DNA from: Actinomycetota bacterium
GTDB taxonomy: Bacteria > Actinomycetota > Acidimicrobiia > Acidimicrobiales > CADCSY01
Direction of reading: 5' to 3'
Assembly (NCBI GenBank): GCA_019348495.1
Contig: JAHWJI010000004.1
Location: 1 to 54,828, forward strand
DNA length: 54,828 nt
The notes beneath the pieces are model-generated. The model saw only the letters and a list, made by a program, of their open reading frames with translations. It did no database searches and was not told the DNA's origin. Below, piece after piece: positions 36,816-46,615 of this stretch. The translations under genes were made by a program, and so were the position numbers. Every line of letters starts with the position of its first letter. Position 1 is the stretch's first letter.

Positions 36816-39106
36816 GGTCTCGACGTCGTCAGATCGCCGGCACCGACCCGCTCGGCAGGTGCCGGCGGGAACGGCGGGCTCACGGCGAGCACGGTCACAT
36901 AGGGCAGGAGCACCGCCAGCATCATGGCCGGCACCGCCACCCCCGAGTCGTTCAACCCTCCTCCGAGCACGGCCAGCACCACCGCGGCCACCAGGCAGGC
37001 CCGCAACCCGGGCACGTCGGCCTGGAGCCGGCCCAGGATGGCCCGCCGGCGCCGGAGCAGGAACACGAGGAAGGCCAGGGCCACGGGGATGGCCAGGGCC
37101 CAGACCGAGGAGGACAGCAGCGACAGGTTGGCCCCGATCTTGCGCTCGATGACCATGGCCACGCCGTCGCCGCCGTCGAGCACCTGGGCGGCGAAGCGCC
37201 CGACGTGGGTGCGCTCGGCGACCGGGCGGGCCAGGTCCACGGCCGCGAAGGAAACCACCACGGCGACGGTGACGGCGGTGACGGCCACGGCGTGGCCCGG
37301 GCGCAGCCGCCCTCCCCCCAGCAGGACGACCACGACCAGGGCGGCGGGCACGAGCGCCAGCACGCCCCCGACGTCGGCACCCAGGGCCGGGTGGCCGTCG
37401 GCCACCACCACGGTGGCCAGCGCCACCGCCACCCCCGCCAGCCACAGCCGGCGGGGACGGGGTGCGGGGGCGCCCTGGACCACGGCGGCCACGGCCCACA
37501 CCCCGGTGGCCACCACCAGCGCCGACATCGAGACCAGGGCGAAGGCCAGGTTCCCCAAGCCGGTGAAGCGCCCGGCCACGATGGGCGAGTAGCCGAAGAC
37601 GGTGTCGAGCTGGAGGGGGGCGCCGGCCACGACGTCGCCCACCAGCACGGCCAGGGTGAGGCCCACCAGCAGGAGCGGGGCGACGAGGGGCCGGGGCGCG
37701 CCGGTGCGCGAGGCGATGACCCGGGACGACGCCAGCGCGGCCCCGGCCAGGACCGCCCCGGCGGCGAAGAGGGCCACCACGTAGCCCACCACTCCCAGCT
37801 TGTCGTAGCGGACCAGGCCCGAGAGGAACGTGAGCGGGGGCAGGGCCAAGGTCACCAGGGCGAGGAAGCCCACCACCGGGGCCAGGCGGGGCCACCGGGC
37901 CAGGGCAGCGGCGGCCAGGCCGTAGGTGAGCACCTGGAGGACGACGAAGGCCACGCTGAAGGGGCCGGTGGCGTCGTCGCGGAAGCTGGACACCTCGCCG
38001 GCCACGGCCAGGGCCTCGAAGCTGGCCGGGCCCGGCGGTCGTCCCCCCGCTCCGGTCACCGCCGCCCCGACCATGGATGCCGGTGCCTCCAGGCCCAGGG
38101 CGGCCAGCACCGTGGGGGCCACGTCGGTCAGGGCCACGTAGCCGGCCCGGTTGGTGCTGGCGCTGGTGGCCAGGCCCGGAGCCACGCCGGGCCCGGCCAC
38201 GGCGGCGACGGTGAGGCCGTCTCCCCCCGGTCGGCCCGACAGCGGGGCCACCACCACGACCAGGTGCCGGTCGAGGTCGACCTCGTCCAGGGCGGCGGCG
38301 ACCAGGGCGTCGGCCCGGGCCAGCGCCCGGCGGCGGGCCTGGTCGCCGGGCGGGCCGGCGGGGGCAGGGGCGAGGTCGGCCCGGGCCAGGTCGCTGGCCT
38401 CGAGCAGGACCACATCGGCCGCTGACCAGGCGGCCGAGAAGGCGGCGAGGGTGGCGTCGATGTCCGTGCGCAGGCCTCCGCCAACCCCGGGGTCGGTGAC
38501 GGCCAGCTCGGGCCCGACGGTGCCGGCGTCGACTCGTCCGGCCTCGTCCATCAGGGCCAGCGCCGCGTCCCGGTGGGGCCGGCGGGCGCCGGTCGGGCCC
38601 AGCACGTCGGCGTTGGCCACCACCGCGCTCCGGCGACCAGCAGCGCCCAGGGCCTGGCCCAGGGCGCCGGGCACGGCCCCGTACCCGAGGGCCTGGTTGG
38701 CCGCCACCACCTCGTCCAGCCCCGACACCACGGGCGGGGAGACCTCGCCGGCATCCACGAGGGCGGCCTCGGCCTCGACCTGGCCTGTGGCCCGGGTGCC
38801 GGCGCCAAGGGTGGCGTAGCCCTCGGCCAGCGTGGTGCGGGGGCCCACGGCGCGCACCGACAGCGAGGCCACCGCGCCACGAGCGAACAGCCCGGTCAGC
38901 GCCGGCGGTCGCTCCTCGTCGACCAGGCCCCAGTCGAGCGTGGGCACGCTGAGGATCAGGACCCTGTCGACCGGGGGCACCGGGACCCGGCCCCGCCCGG
39001 GAACCGAGGCAGACACGGCGTCGGCGGCACCCACGCAGGGGCCCACCAGGCCCAGACCGGCGACGAGGACGAGGACGAGGATGGCGGCCGTCGGCGCCCG
39101 CCTCAC
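36812..39106 (-). CDS. Large uncharacterised membrane protein (extracellular alkaline-phosphatase-like domain plus multi-TM domain)
   Basis: Signal peptide, soluble domain ending in DVAPTVL, then roughly 12 TM helices with GRFTGLGN, GADVGG and NDSG loops. GTGA overlap with the GT4 gene. Confidence 0.65.
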   Translation of the reverse strand: MRRAPTAAILVLVLVAGLGLVGPCVGAADAVSASVPGRGRVPVPPVDRVLILSVPTLDWGLVDEERPPALTGLFARGAVASLSVRAVGPRTTLAEGYATLGAGTRATGQVEAEAALVDAGEVSPPVVSGLDEVVAANQALGYGAVPGALGQALGAAGRRSAVVANADVLGPTGARRPHRDAALALMDEAGRVDAGTVGPELAVTDPGVGGGLRTDIDATLAAFSAAWSAADVVLLEASDLARADLAPAPAGPPGDQARRRALARADALVAAALDEVDLDRHLVVVVAPLSGRPGGDGLTVAAVAGPGVAPGLATSASTNRAGYVALTDVAPTVLAALGLEAPASMVGAAVTGAGGRPPGPASFEALAVAGEVSSFRDDATGPFSVAFVVLQVLTYGLAAAALARWPRLAPVVGFLALVTLALPPLTFLSGLVRYDKLGVVGYVVALFAAGAVLAGAALASSRVIASRTGAPRPLVAPLLLVGLTLAVLVGDVVAGAPLQLDTVFGYSPIVAGRFTGLGNLAFALVSMSALVVATGVWAVAAVVQGAPAPRPRRLWLAGVAVALATVVVADGHPALGADVGGVLALVPAALVVVVLLGGGRLRPGHAVAVTAVTVAVVVSFAAVDLARPVAERTHVGRFAAQVLDGGDGVAMVIERKIGANLSLLSSSVWALAIPVALAFLVFLLRRRRAILGRLQADVPGLRACLVAAVVLAVLGGGLNDSGVAVPAMMLAVLLPYVTVLAVSPPFPPAPAERVGAGDLTTSRP

Positions 39107-40197
39107 CGACGCTCCCGGGCAACGCCGTAGGCGGCTTCGACCGCCGCGATCAGGCCCTCGGGGGGGTAGCGCTGCTCGAGGCGACGCCGGGCCGCGGCGG
39201 CCCGCCGGCGGGCGGCCAGCGGGTCGGCCAGGGTGGCCTCGATGGCCCGGGCCAGGGCGGCCGGAACGCCGGGGGGCACCAGCCGCCCGGTGAGCCCGTC
39301 GACCACCACGTCGGGCACCCCGCCCACGGCAGTGGCCACCACCGGCGTCCCCAGGGTTACGGCCTCGGCCACCACGAGGGGCCAGCCCTCCCAGCGAGAG
39401 GCCAGCACCACCACGTCGGCTGCGGCCAACTCGTCGAGGGCATGGGCGCGGGGCCCGGCCAGGACGACCACGTCGTCGAGGCCCAGGGTCGCCACATGAC
39501 GGCGCAGCCCGGCCTCGGCCGGCCCCTCCCCCACGATGGCCAGGCGAGCCTGGGGACGCTGCCGGTGCAGCTCGGCCATGGCCTCCAGGAGCAGGTCGAA
39601 CCCCTTCTGGGCGTGAAGGCGACCTGCGCTCACGATCAGGTGCTGGCCCTCGTCGACACCCAGCTCGGCTCGCACCTGCGCCCTTTCCCGTTCGGCCCGG
39701 GGTGGGGGGCTCGCCGGCGCCACCACCTCGATCCGGCCCGCCCCGGAAGCACCCGTGAACCGGCGGGCGATCTCGTCGGAGACGGCGATGAGCACGTCGG
39801 CCCGGGCGGGCAGGGCCGCCTCCAGCACCCGTAGGCCGGGGGCAGCGCGCCCCACCACCTCGGCCAGCACCAGGTTGTGCACCGTCACCACCACCGGCGG
39901 CCGGGGCCGCAGCGACACCGCCAGCCACCCCGCCTTCAGGCCGTGGGCGTGGACCACGTCGACGTCCACCGCCGCCCGGCGCAGCCCCCGCCGGGAGCGG
40001 ACCAGCGCGGGGAGGTCGGTGCCGGCGGGGACGTCGACGACGTGGTGGAGGGGGGCCAGGCCCTCGAGCACCCCGGCGGGCCCGGCCACCTCGACGTCCC
40101 AGCCCCGCTGCTCCAGCCCGGCAGCCAGGTGGGCGACGTGGCGGCGGATGCCGCCGGTCGAGGGGCCCAGGACCTGCAGCACCCGTGGCCTAGCCAT
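39103..40197 (-). CDS. Family 4 (GT-B) glycosyltransferase
   Basis: GGIRRH, HAHG, GRL..QKG, EGWPLVVAEA (Ex7E) and VGG motifs. Confidence 0.92.
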   Translation of the reverse strand: MARPRVLQVLGPSTGGIRRHVAHLAAGLEQRGWDVEVAGPAGVLEGLAPLHHVVDVPAGTDLPALVRSRRGLRRAAVDVDVVHAHGLKAGWLAVSLRPRPPVVVTVHNLVLAEVVGRAAPGLRVLEAALPARADVLIAVSDEIARRFTGASGAGRIEVVAPASPPPRAERERAQVRAELGVDEGQHLIVSAGRLHAQKGFDLLLEAMAELHRQRPQARLAIVGEGPAEAGLRRHVATLGLDDVVVLAGPRAHALDELAAADVVVLASRWEGWPLVVAEAVTLGTPVVATAVGGVPDVVVDGLTGRLVPPGVPAALARAIEATLADPLAARRRAAAARRRLEQRYPPEGLIAAVEAAYGVARERR

Positions 40198-41803
40198 CGG
40201 GGGCCCCGGCCTGGCGAAGACCGGCGACCACGTGCGACGGGTGGGTGCCCCCGAGGAGGGCCCGGGCGCCGAGGTAGACGCCGGCGCCCACGGCGCCGAC
40301 GGCGGCCACCACCACCGCATCGCCCACCCGACCGGCACCGGCCAGGCGCTGCTGGCCGACCCACATCACCGCGCCGGCCACGGCTGCGGCACCGGCGCCG
40401 ATGGCCAGGGGACGCACGACGGCCGGTCGGTCGTCGGGCAACCAGCTCCACACCCGCAGGCCGAGCACGACGGCACCGCTCAGGTAGGCGAGCGAGTGGA
40501 TGGCGGCCAACACCACCACGCGCCCCGCGCCGTCGACCGCCGGAGCCAGGGACACCATGGCCAGCGCGGCGAGGGCGACCACGCCCAGGTGGACCAGGGC
40601 CGGCGTGCGGGTGTCCCCGCGGGCGTCGAGCGCCCGGGCCAGGAAGACGAAGGTGCCGTAGCCGAACAGGCCCGGAGCGAAGGCGGCCACGGCCGCCGCC
40701 ACCGGCGCCGCCGCCGTGGCGCTCTCGCCGAAGAGCACCACCCGGCTCAACGGGCCGGCCAGGGCAGCCAGGACGGCTGCGGCCGGCAGCACCAAGAAGC
40801 CGATGGCCGCCAGCCCGGCGGCCACACCCCGGGCGTAGCGGGCGGCGTCGCCGGCCGCGGCACAGCGGGACAGCGAAGGGAACAGGGCGGTGAGCACGGG
40901 CATGGCGAACAGGGCGTGGGGCACCAGGAACAGGGTGTAGGCCACCTGGTAGACCACGACGCCACCCTCCACGCCGTTGGCCAGCACCAGGACCACGCCC
41001 AACAGGACCTGGGTGCCCACGAGGAACAGCGCCGCCCAGCCACCCCGGCGCAGGACCCGCTGCACGCCCGCGTGGGCGAGGTCGAGCCGGGGGCGAAGGG
41101 AGAACCCGCTGCGCACCACCGCCACCACGGGGATGGCCGACAGAGCGAGCACGCCGAGCGTGGTGCCCAGGCCGAGCACCGCCGTCTGGGCGCCGGTGAG
41201 GTCGAGACCCGGCGACACCCCGTCGCGCAGGCGCCAGAAGAGCCAACACGCCCCCACCACCACCACGTTGTTGGCGATGGGGGCGGCGACGGGCAGGGCG
41301 AAGCGGCCCCGGGCGTTGAGCACGCCGGTGGCCACCGCCCCCACGGCGTAGAGCACCACCTGGGGCAGGAAGAACCACAACAGCACCGTGCCCAGGCGGA
41401 TCTGGGCCTGGCGCACCTCGGCCGACTCCACCCCGGCCACGAGCACGCGCATTATCCACGGCGCCGCCAGCATCCCCGCCCCGGCCACCGCAGCCAGCAC
41501 GGCGGCGGCCAGGCCGAGCAGCGACCCGGCCACGTGGGCGGCCTCGGCGTCGTCGTGGCGGGCGAGGAGCTCCACCAGGGTCGGGATCATGGCGGCCTGG
41601 AGGGCGCCGGCGGCGAAGAGCTCGAAGATCAGGTTGGACACGCTGTTGGCCGACTGGAAGGTGTTGCCCAGGAACGTGGTCCCGAGCACGGCGGCGACCA
41701 CCAGCACCCGCACCAGGCCGGTGAGGCGAGCCACCAGGGTGAGCGCGGTCATGCCCGCGGTGGCCCGGGCCAGGTCGCGCCGACCGGCCACCCCGGCGGT
41801 CAC
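40190..41803 (-). CDS. MurJ/MviN-family lipid-linked glycan flippase
   Basis: ARLTGLVR, ANSVSNLIFEL..GAL, FP.LS and DTRTP motifs, about 14 TM segments. Confidence 0.85.
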   Translation of the reverse strand: MTAGVAGRRDLARATAGMTALTLVARLTGLVRVLVVAAVLGTTFLGNTFQSANSVSNLIFELFAAGALQAAMIPTLVELLARHDDAEAAHVAGSLLGLAAAVLAAVAGAGMLAAPWIMRVLVAGVESAEVRQAQIRLGTVLLWFFLPQVVLYAVGAVATGVLNARGRFALPVAAPIANNVVVVGACWLFWRLRDGVSPGLDLTGAQTAVLGLGTTLGVLALSAIPVVAVVRSGFSLRPRLDLAHAGVQRVLRRGGWAALFLVGTQVLLGVVLVLANGVEGGVVVYQVAYTLFLVPHALFAMPVLTALFPSLSRCAAAGDAARYARGVAAGLAAIGFLVLPAAAVLAALAGPLSRVVLFGESATAAAPVAAAVAAFAPGLFGYGTFVFLARALDARGDTRTPALVHLGVVALAALAMVSLAPAVDGAGRVVVLAAIHSLAYLSGAVVLGLRVWSWLPDDRPAVVRPLAIGAGAAAVAGAVMWVGQQRLAGAGRVGDAVVVAAVGAVGAGVYLGARALLGGTHPSHVVAGLRQAGAPDG

Positions 41804-42798
41804 TCGGCGGGGGCGGGGATCAGGCGCTGGGCGTCACGCCCGTAGTGGCCCACCCGTCCCTCTCCCAGATCCTGGAGGGCGAGGACGACAGCGACCTGGC
41901 CGGCGAAGTCGTCGATGCGGCTCACGGTGGAAAGCCGGGTCGACAACACGTCGTCGGCTCGCAGGACGGCGCTGAGCTCGGCCTGCGGCTCCACCCCCGG
42001 CGGGTAGGACTCGGCGACCAGCAACGGCACCGGCGGCGGTTCGGGAGCCTCACCAGCCAGCGCCTCGACCAGGGGCCGGGCCCACCGGGCGTCATCGACC
42101 ACGGCGCCGGGGCCGGTGACGAACATGACCCGCGTGCCGGCCGGGGCCAGGCCGGCAGTCTCCTGCTCAGCGCCCTCGGGCGGGTCGAAGTCGACGAAAC
42201 CGGTGTCACGCAGCCCGGCCACGGCGTCGTCGAACGCCACCCCCGCCCCGGCGCCGACGGGCGATCCTCCCGACACCTCGCCAGCGGGCGACCCGCTGGC
42301 GGTCAGCGACGCGGCCAGCGCGTCGACGGCGATGCTGCGCAGCGAGGGGGCCGCCAACCCCTCGCTGGTGCCCAGGGCCCGGGCCAGGTCTCGCCGCTCC
42401 TCCTCGCTGGTCAGCGCCAGGCGGTCGTTGAACCACAGCGTCCCCTGGTGCTCGGCGCCGGCGGTGTCGAGGAGGGCCACGGCGGCGTCGATGGCCTCGG
42501 GCGCCACCCCCCGCATGGCCAGCACCAGCACCGGCACCTCACGCAGCCGGTCGGCGAGGAGCTGGGGAGCGGCTTCGTCGGCCAGCCGCTGCGAGCGTCC
42601 CTCGATCTCCGCCAGCCGGCCCTGCAGCGCCTGGTTCTCGGCGATGGCCTGGTCGACACGCTCGGCGATGTCGCTCTGTTGGCCCTCGAGGGTCTCGACC
42701 ACCGCCTTGTCGATCACGGCCGAGCCCATCACCACGCCCACGGCCAAGGCCAGGAACATGGCGACCAGGGAGATGAGGTGGTAGCGGAAGTTGATCAT
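41800..42798 (-). CDS. steB: SteB/MctB family protein (DUF3186)
   Basis: MINFRYHLISLVAMFLALAVGVVMG N-terminus, coiled coil, LSTV and GHYG C-terminus. Follows steA. Confidence 0.85.
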   Translation of the reverse strand: MINFRYHLISLVAMFLALAVGVVMGSAVIDKAVVETLEGQQSDIAERVDQAIAENQALQGRLAEIEGRSQRLADEAAPQLLADRLREVPVLVLAMRGVAPEAIDAAVALLDTAGAEHQGTLWFNDRLALTSEEERRDLARALGTSEGLAAPSLRSIAVDALAASLTASGSPAGEVSGGSPVGAGAGVAFDDAVAGLRDTGFVDFDPPEGAEQETAGLAPAGTRVMFVTGPGAVVDDARWARPLVEALAGEAPEPPPVPLLVAESYPPGVEPQAELSAVLRADDVLSTRLSTVSRIDDFAGQVAVVLALQDLGEGRVGHYGRDAQRLIPAPAE

Positions 42799-42800
42799 GC

Positions 42801-43937
42801 TCAGCCCAGCCGGAGCACGTTCCAGACGTTCTCCAGGAACAGCTGGGCGGGTTGGCTCACGGCCGTGACCACGATCAGCACGCACAGGGCGGCGGCCACC
42901 AGGGCCAGCAGGTCTCCCTTGCGCACCCGCGAGTGGTAGAGCCGGCCCACACCCTTGGCGTCGACCAAGCGCGCCCCCACCTTCATGCGCACGAGGATGG
43001 TCGAGGCCATGCCCGCCCGTCCCTTGTCGAGGAAGTCGGTCATCGAGCTGTGGGTGCCCACGGCCACGATCAGCTCGGCGCCGCTCTCGTAGGCCAGCAG
43101 CAGGGCGGCGTCCTCACTGGTGCCGGGGGCCTCGAAGCGGCTGTGCTCGAGGCCGAGCCGCTCCAGGCGCTCGGCCCCGGGTGCCTCCCCACCGGGGTAG
43201 GCGTGCACGACCAGCGCCGCACCGCAGCGCAGCGCCCGATCGGAGACCGAGTCCATGTCACCGATGACGATGTCAGGGGTGCGCCCGAGCTCGAGCAGGG
43301 CGTCGGCGCCACCGTCGACGGCGACGAGGACGGGGCGGACCTCGTCGATGTAGCCGCCCCTGCGCAGGGCAGCCAGGTCGTCGCGGTAGTCGTGGCCCCG
43401 GACCACCACCAGGACGTGGCGGCCGGCCAGCTCCACGCCCGTGCAGGGGACCGTGAGGGGGGCGAAGAGGAGGTGGTGCTCGTCGCGCAGGTGCTCGAGG
43501 GTGTTGGTGGCGAAGCGGTCGAGCTCGTCACCCACCGATGCCCTCGACGCCTCGATGGAGCGCTCCAGGCTGTCGATGCACTGGCGGGTGCCTGTGGCCG
43601 ACCACCCCGGCGCGGCCAGCGCCTCGCCCTCGATGCAGACCTCGGCGCCGTCGACGACGGCCTCCATGACCTCGCCGCCCACGTCGTCGAGCAGGGGGAT
43701 GCCGGCAGCGGCGATCAACAGGGGCCCGACGTTGGGGTAGCGACCCGAGATGGACGGGGCGGCGTTGACCACCGCCGCCGGCCGGGCCAGCACCAGGCCC
43801 TCGGCGGCCACCCGGTCGAGATCGAGGTGGTCGATGACGGCCACGTCGCCGGGGCGCAGGTGGGCCACGAGGTCCTTGGTGCGCCGGCCCACCCGGGCCG
43901 GGCCCCTGACCACCTCCTGGGCGCCGGTAGCCGTCAT
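42801..43937 (-). CDS. steA: SteA septal protein (thiamine pyrophosphokinase-like fold)
   Basis: RTK.L, DHLDLD, SGRYPN.G, VDGGADAL, IGDMDS, FLDKGR.GMAST and DAKGV motifs with a C-terminal TM. Follows recN. Confidence 0.88.
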   Translation of the reverse strand: MTATGAQEVVRGPARVGRRTKDLVAHLRPGDVAVIDHLDLDRVAAEGLVLARPAAVVNAAPSISGRYPNVGPLLIAAAGIPLLDDVGGEVMEAVVDGAEVCIEGEALAAPGWSATGTRQCIDSLERSIEASRASVGDELDRFATNTLEHLRDEHHLLFAPLTVPCTGVELAGRHVLVVVRGHDYRDDLAALRRGGYIDEVRPVLVAVDGGADALLELGRTPDIVIGDMDSVSDRALRCGAALVVHAYPGGEAPGAERLERLGLEHSRFEAPGTSEDAALLLAYESGAELIVAVGTHSSMTDFLDKGRAGMASTILVRMKVGARLVDAKGVGRLYHSRVRKGDLLALVAAALCVLIVVTAVSQPAQLFLENVWNVLRLG

Positions 43938-45667
43938 GGGCGTGGGCGACCGGGCCCGGCACCGGACCCGGCCCGCTGGCTGCGCTCCCGGGCAGCCACC
44001 GACAGCAGCTCGGCGGCATGGCCCTGGGCCACGTCGCTGCCAGGTTGGCCCGAGAGCATCCGTGACATCTCGACCACCCGACCGTCGCTGTCGAGGAGCC
44101 GGGCCGTGGCCACCGTGCGCCCGCCTTCGTCGTCGCCGCCGTCACCCTTGGACACGGCCACCTGGGCGTCGGCGAAGGCAGCCACCTGGGGCAGGTGGGT
44201 CACCACCAGGACCTGGAAGTCGGCGCCCAGCGTCGCCAGCGAGCGGCCCACGGCCAGCGCCGCCTCGCCCCCGATGCCGGCGTCGACCTCGTCGAAGACC
44301 AGCGTGGTCACCGGTGTGGTCCCCGACGGGGACGCTGGCGGGGACGCCGTCGTCGAAGCCGGGCCCGGCGCTGTCCCGGCCCCGTCGGGGCGGGCACCGG
44401 CAGGGCCGAGGGCCAGGCGCAGGGCCAACATCGTGCGCGACAGCTCGCCTCCCGATGCCACCCGGGCCAGGGGCAGCAGTGGCTCGCCGGGGTTGGCGCC
44501 GAGCAGGAAGGTGACGTCGTCGCCGGGGTCGTCCGGCCCCACCGACACCTGGAGCCGGGCCCGGGGCAGGGCCAGCGTGCGCAGCCGGGCCTCGACGGCG
44601 GCGGCCAGACCCGGTGCGGCGCCCCGGCGGGCCTGGCCCACCTGGGCGGCGGCCAGGGACGCCTCGGTGCGGGCCTGGATGCGATCCCGTTCCAGCTCCC
44701 CGGCCCGGCGATCGTGGCCCTCCAGCTCCTCGATGCGCCGGCGGCGGTCGGCTTCGACAGCCTGGAGGTCGGCGATGGTGGCCGCCTGGTAGCGGCGACG
44801 GAGCTGGTGGAGGAGGCGGCGACGGGCCCGCACCACGTCGAGGCGGACCGGGTCCTCCTCGATCGCCTCCCCCCGGGCCCGCAGCTCGGAGGCGACCTCG
44901 CCCAGCTCGGCGGCGAGCGAGCGCAGCCGGGCCTCCAGCTCGACGAAGGGAGCGCGACCTGACACCGCCACCAGGGCCCGGGCCAGGTTGTCACCTGCCT
45001 GGCCGTCGCCGGACAGCGCCTCGTGGGCCTCGGCCGCGGCCAGCCGATGCGCCACCGCCCCGGCCAGCAGGTCCTCCTCCGCCTCCAACGCCACCTCCTC
45101 GTCGGGGTCGTCCAGGGCGGCCCGGCTGAGCTCCTCGAGCTCGAAGCGGGCCAGATCGATCTGGCGGTCCCGCTCGCTGCTGTCGCCCCCCAGCGCCTCC
45201 AGGGCCCGCTCGAGCGCGGCCAGGTGGGCCCGGGCGGCGCCGAGCGGCGCCAGGTCGACCGATCCCCAGCGGTCGAGCGCCGCCCGCTGGGCCGAGGGCT
45301 GCAGCAGGGACTGGTGGCTGTGCTGGCCGTGGAGGTCGACCAGGCCTGCGCCCAGCTCGGCCAGCCTGGTCACCGGCGACATGCGGCCGTCGACGTAGGC
45401 GCGTGACCTCCCCGTCGCCGGCACCACGCGCTCGAGGACCACCTCGTCGCCCTCCGGGGTGACGAAGCGACCCTGGACCCGTGCCTCCCCGGCCCCGGGC
45501 CTGACCATGGTGGCCTCGGCCCGTCCGCCCACCAGCAGCTCGATGGCGGTCACCACCAGCGTCTTGCCCGCTCCCGTCTCCCCGGTGAGCGCGGTCATGC
45601 CCGGGCCGAGGACCAGGGACAGCTCCGGGATCACGCCCAGGTCGGTGACGGCCAGCTCGGTGAGCAC
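43934..45667 (-). CDS. recN: DNA repair protein RecN
   Basis: TGETGAGKT, HGQH, ASGGELSR, FDEVDAGIGG and THLPQVAA motifs. Confidence 0.96.
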   Translation of the reverse strand: MLTELAVTDLGVIPELSLVLGPGMTALTGETGAGKTLVVTAIELLVGGRAEATMVRPGAGEARVQGRFVTPEGDEVVLERVVPATGRSRAYVDGRMSPVTRLAELGAGLVDLHGQHSHQSLLQPSAQRAALDRWGSVDLAPLGAARAHLAALERALEALGGDSSERDRQIDLARFELEELSRAALDDPDEEVALEAEEDLLAGAVAHRLAAAEAHEALSGDGQAGDNLARALVAVSGRAPFVELEARLRSLAAELGEVASELRARGEAIEEDPVRLDVVRARRRLLHQLRRRYQAATIADLQAVEADRRRRIEELEGHDRRAGELERDRIQARTEASLAAAQVGQARRGAAPGLAAAVEARLRTLALPRARLQVSVGPDDPGDDVTFLLGANPGEPLLPLARVASGGELSRTMLALRLALGPAGARPDGAGTAPGPASTTASPPASPSGTTPVTTLVFDEVDAGIGGEAALAVGRSLATLGADFQVLVVTHLPQVAAFADAQVAVSKGDGGDDEGGRTVATARLLDSDGRVVEMSRMLSGQPGSDVAQGHAAELLSVAARERSQRAGSGAGPGRPRP

Positions 45668-45739
45668 CCGGGCCTACCGACGGGTCGGGGCGACGGGGCA
45701 CATCACGAACAGGTTACGCGGCACGGCCAGTCTGGTCGG

Positions 45740-46615
45740 TCAAGGGATGGCGTGGTTGAGGCCGAACTTGGCCTTGAGGATGCCGAGGAAGCCCCGGCGG
45801 CCGAAGGTGACCACCCGGGCGGGGTGGTCGGCCGCGGTGCACACGATGGCGTCGCCGGGAGCGAGCAGGCCCTCGCTGCGACCGTCGATCGACAGTGACG
45901 CCGGGCGGTCGGCCATCACCTCGAGGAGGATGCAGGCCGTGGGCGGCAGCACCAGGGAGCGGTCGAAGACCGTGTGGGGCGCCACCGGGGTGAGCAACAG
46001 GGCGGCGTGGGAGGGCGACACGATGGGCCCACCCGCCGACCAGGCGTAGGCGGTGGAGCCGGTGGGGGTGGCCACGATGATCCCGTCGGCCCGGTAGGTG
46101 GTGAAGTCCTCACCGTCGACGGAGACCCTCACCGCCACGATCTGGCCGCTGGGCGTCTTGCCCAGGACCGCCTCGTTGAGCGCGGGAAACGAGCGCGTCG
46201 CCCCGAGCTGGGCCCTCCCCCCCCCGGCCCGGACCTCGACCCGCAGGCGCATCCGCTCCTGGATCTCGTGGTCACCGGCGAAGAAGCGCTCCAGGGCGCT
46301 GTGCAGGTCGCAGGCCTCCACCTCGGCCAGGTAGCCGAGGTGGCCCATGTTCACCCCGAGGACGGGCACCTGGTCGTCGCCGACCAGGTCGACGGTGCGC
46401 AACATGGTGCCGTCGCCGCCCAGGCTGACGGCCACGTCGAGGTCGGCGGTCAGCCCGTCCGCATCGCAGGCCAGCTCGGGGAGCCCGGCGTGGTGGGCAT
46501 CGGCTTCGGGCAGGCGCACCTCGTGGCCGTGGTCGGACAACCACGCCGTGGCCGACCGGGCCACCTCCACGGCGTGGGCGTGGGTGTGGTGCAGGAGGAG
46601 CGCGACGTGGGCCAT
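45740..46615 (-). CDS. nadK: NAD(+) kinase
   Basis: GGDGT, LNE, DG..VATPTGSTAY and SAGGP motifs. Confidence 0.96.
   Translation of the reverse strand: MAHVALLLHHTHAHAVEVARSATAWLSDHGHEVRLPEADAHHAGLPELACDADGLTADLDVAVSLGGDGTMLRTVDLVGDDQVPVLGVNMGHLGYLAEVEACDLHSALERFFAGDHEIQERMRLRVEVRAGGGRAQLGATRSFPALNEAVLGKTPSGQIVAVRVSVDGEDFTTYRADGIIVATPTGSTAYAWSAGGPIVSPSHAALLLTPVAPHTVFDRSLVLPPTACILLEVMADRPASLSIDGRSEGLLAPGDAIVCTAADHPARVVTFGRRGFLGILKAKFGLNHAIP

Noticed and set aside
36081-39928. 1013-aa and 1038-aa ORFs suggesting giant fusion proteins
   Set aside because: Only the C-terminal parts are protein-like. The true starts fall at stop/start overlaps (36815 and 39106). The same applies to the extended rnd, xerD, nadK, scpB and rluB ORFs.
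45703-45720. LexA (SOS) box upstream of recN
   Set aside because: Only one half-site (CGAAC, 45706-45710) is present, next to a possible -10 TAACCT. The second half of CGAAC-N4-GTTCG is absent.
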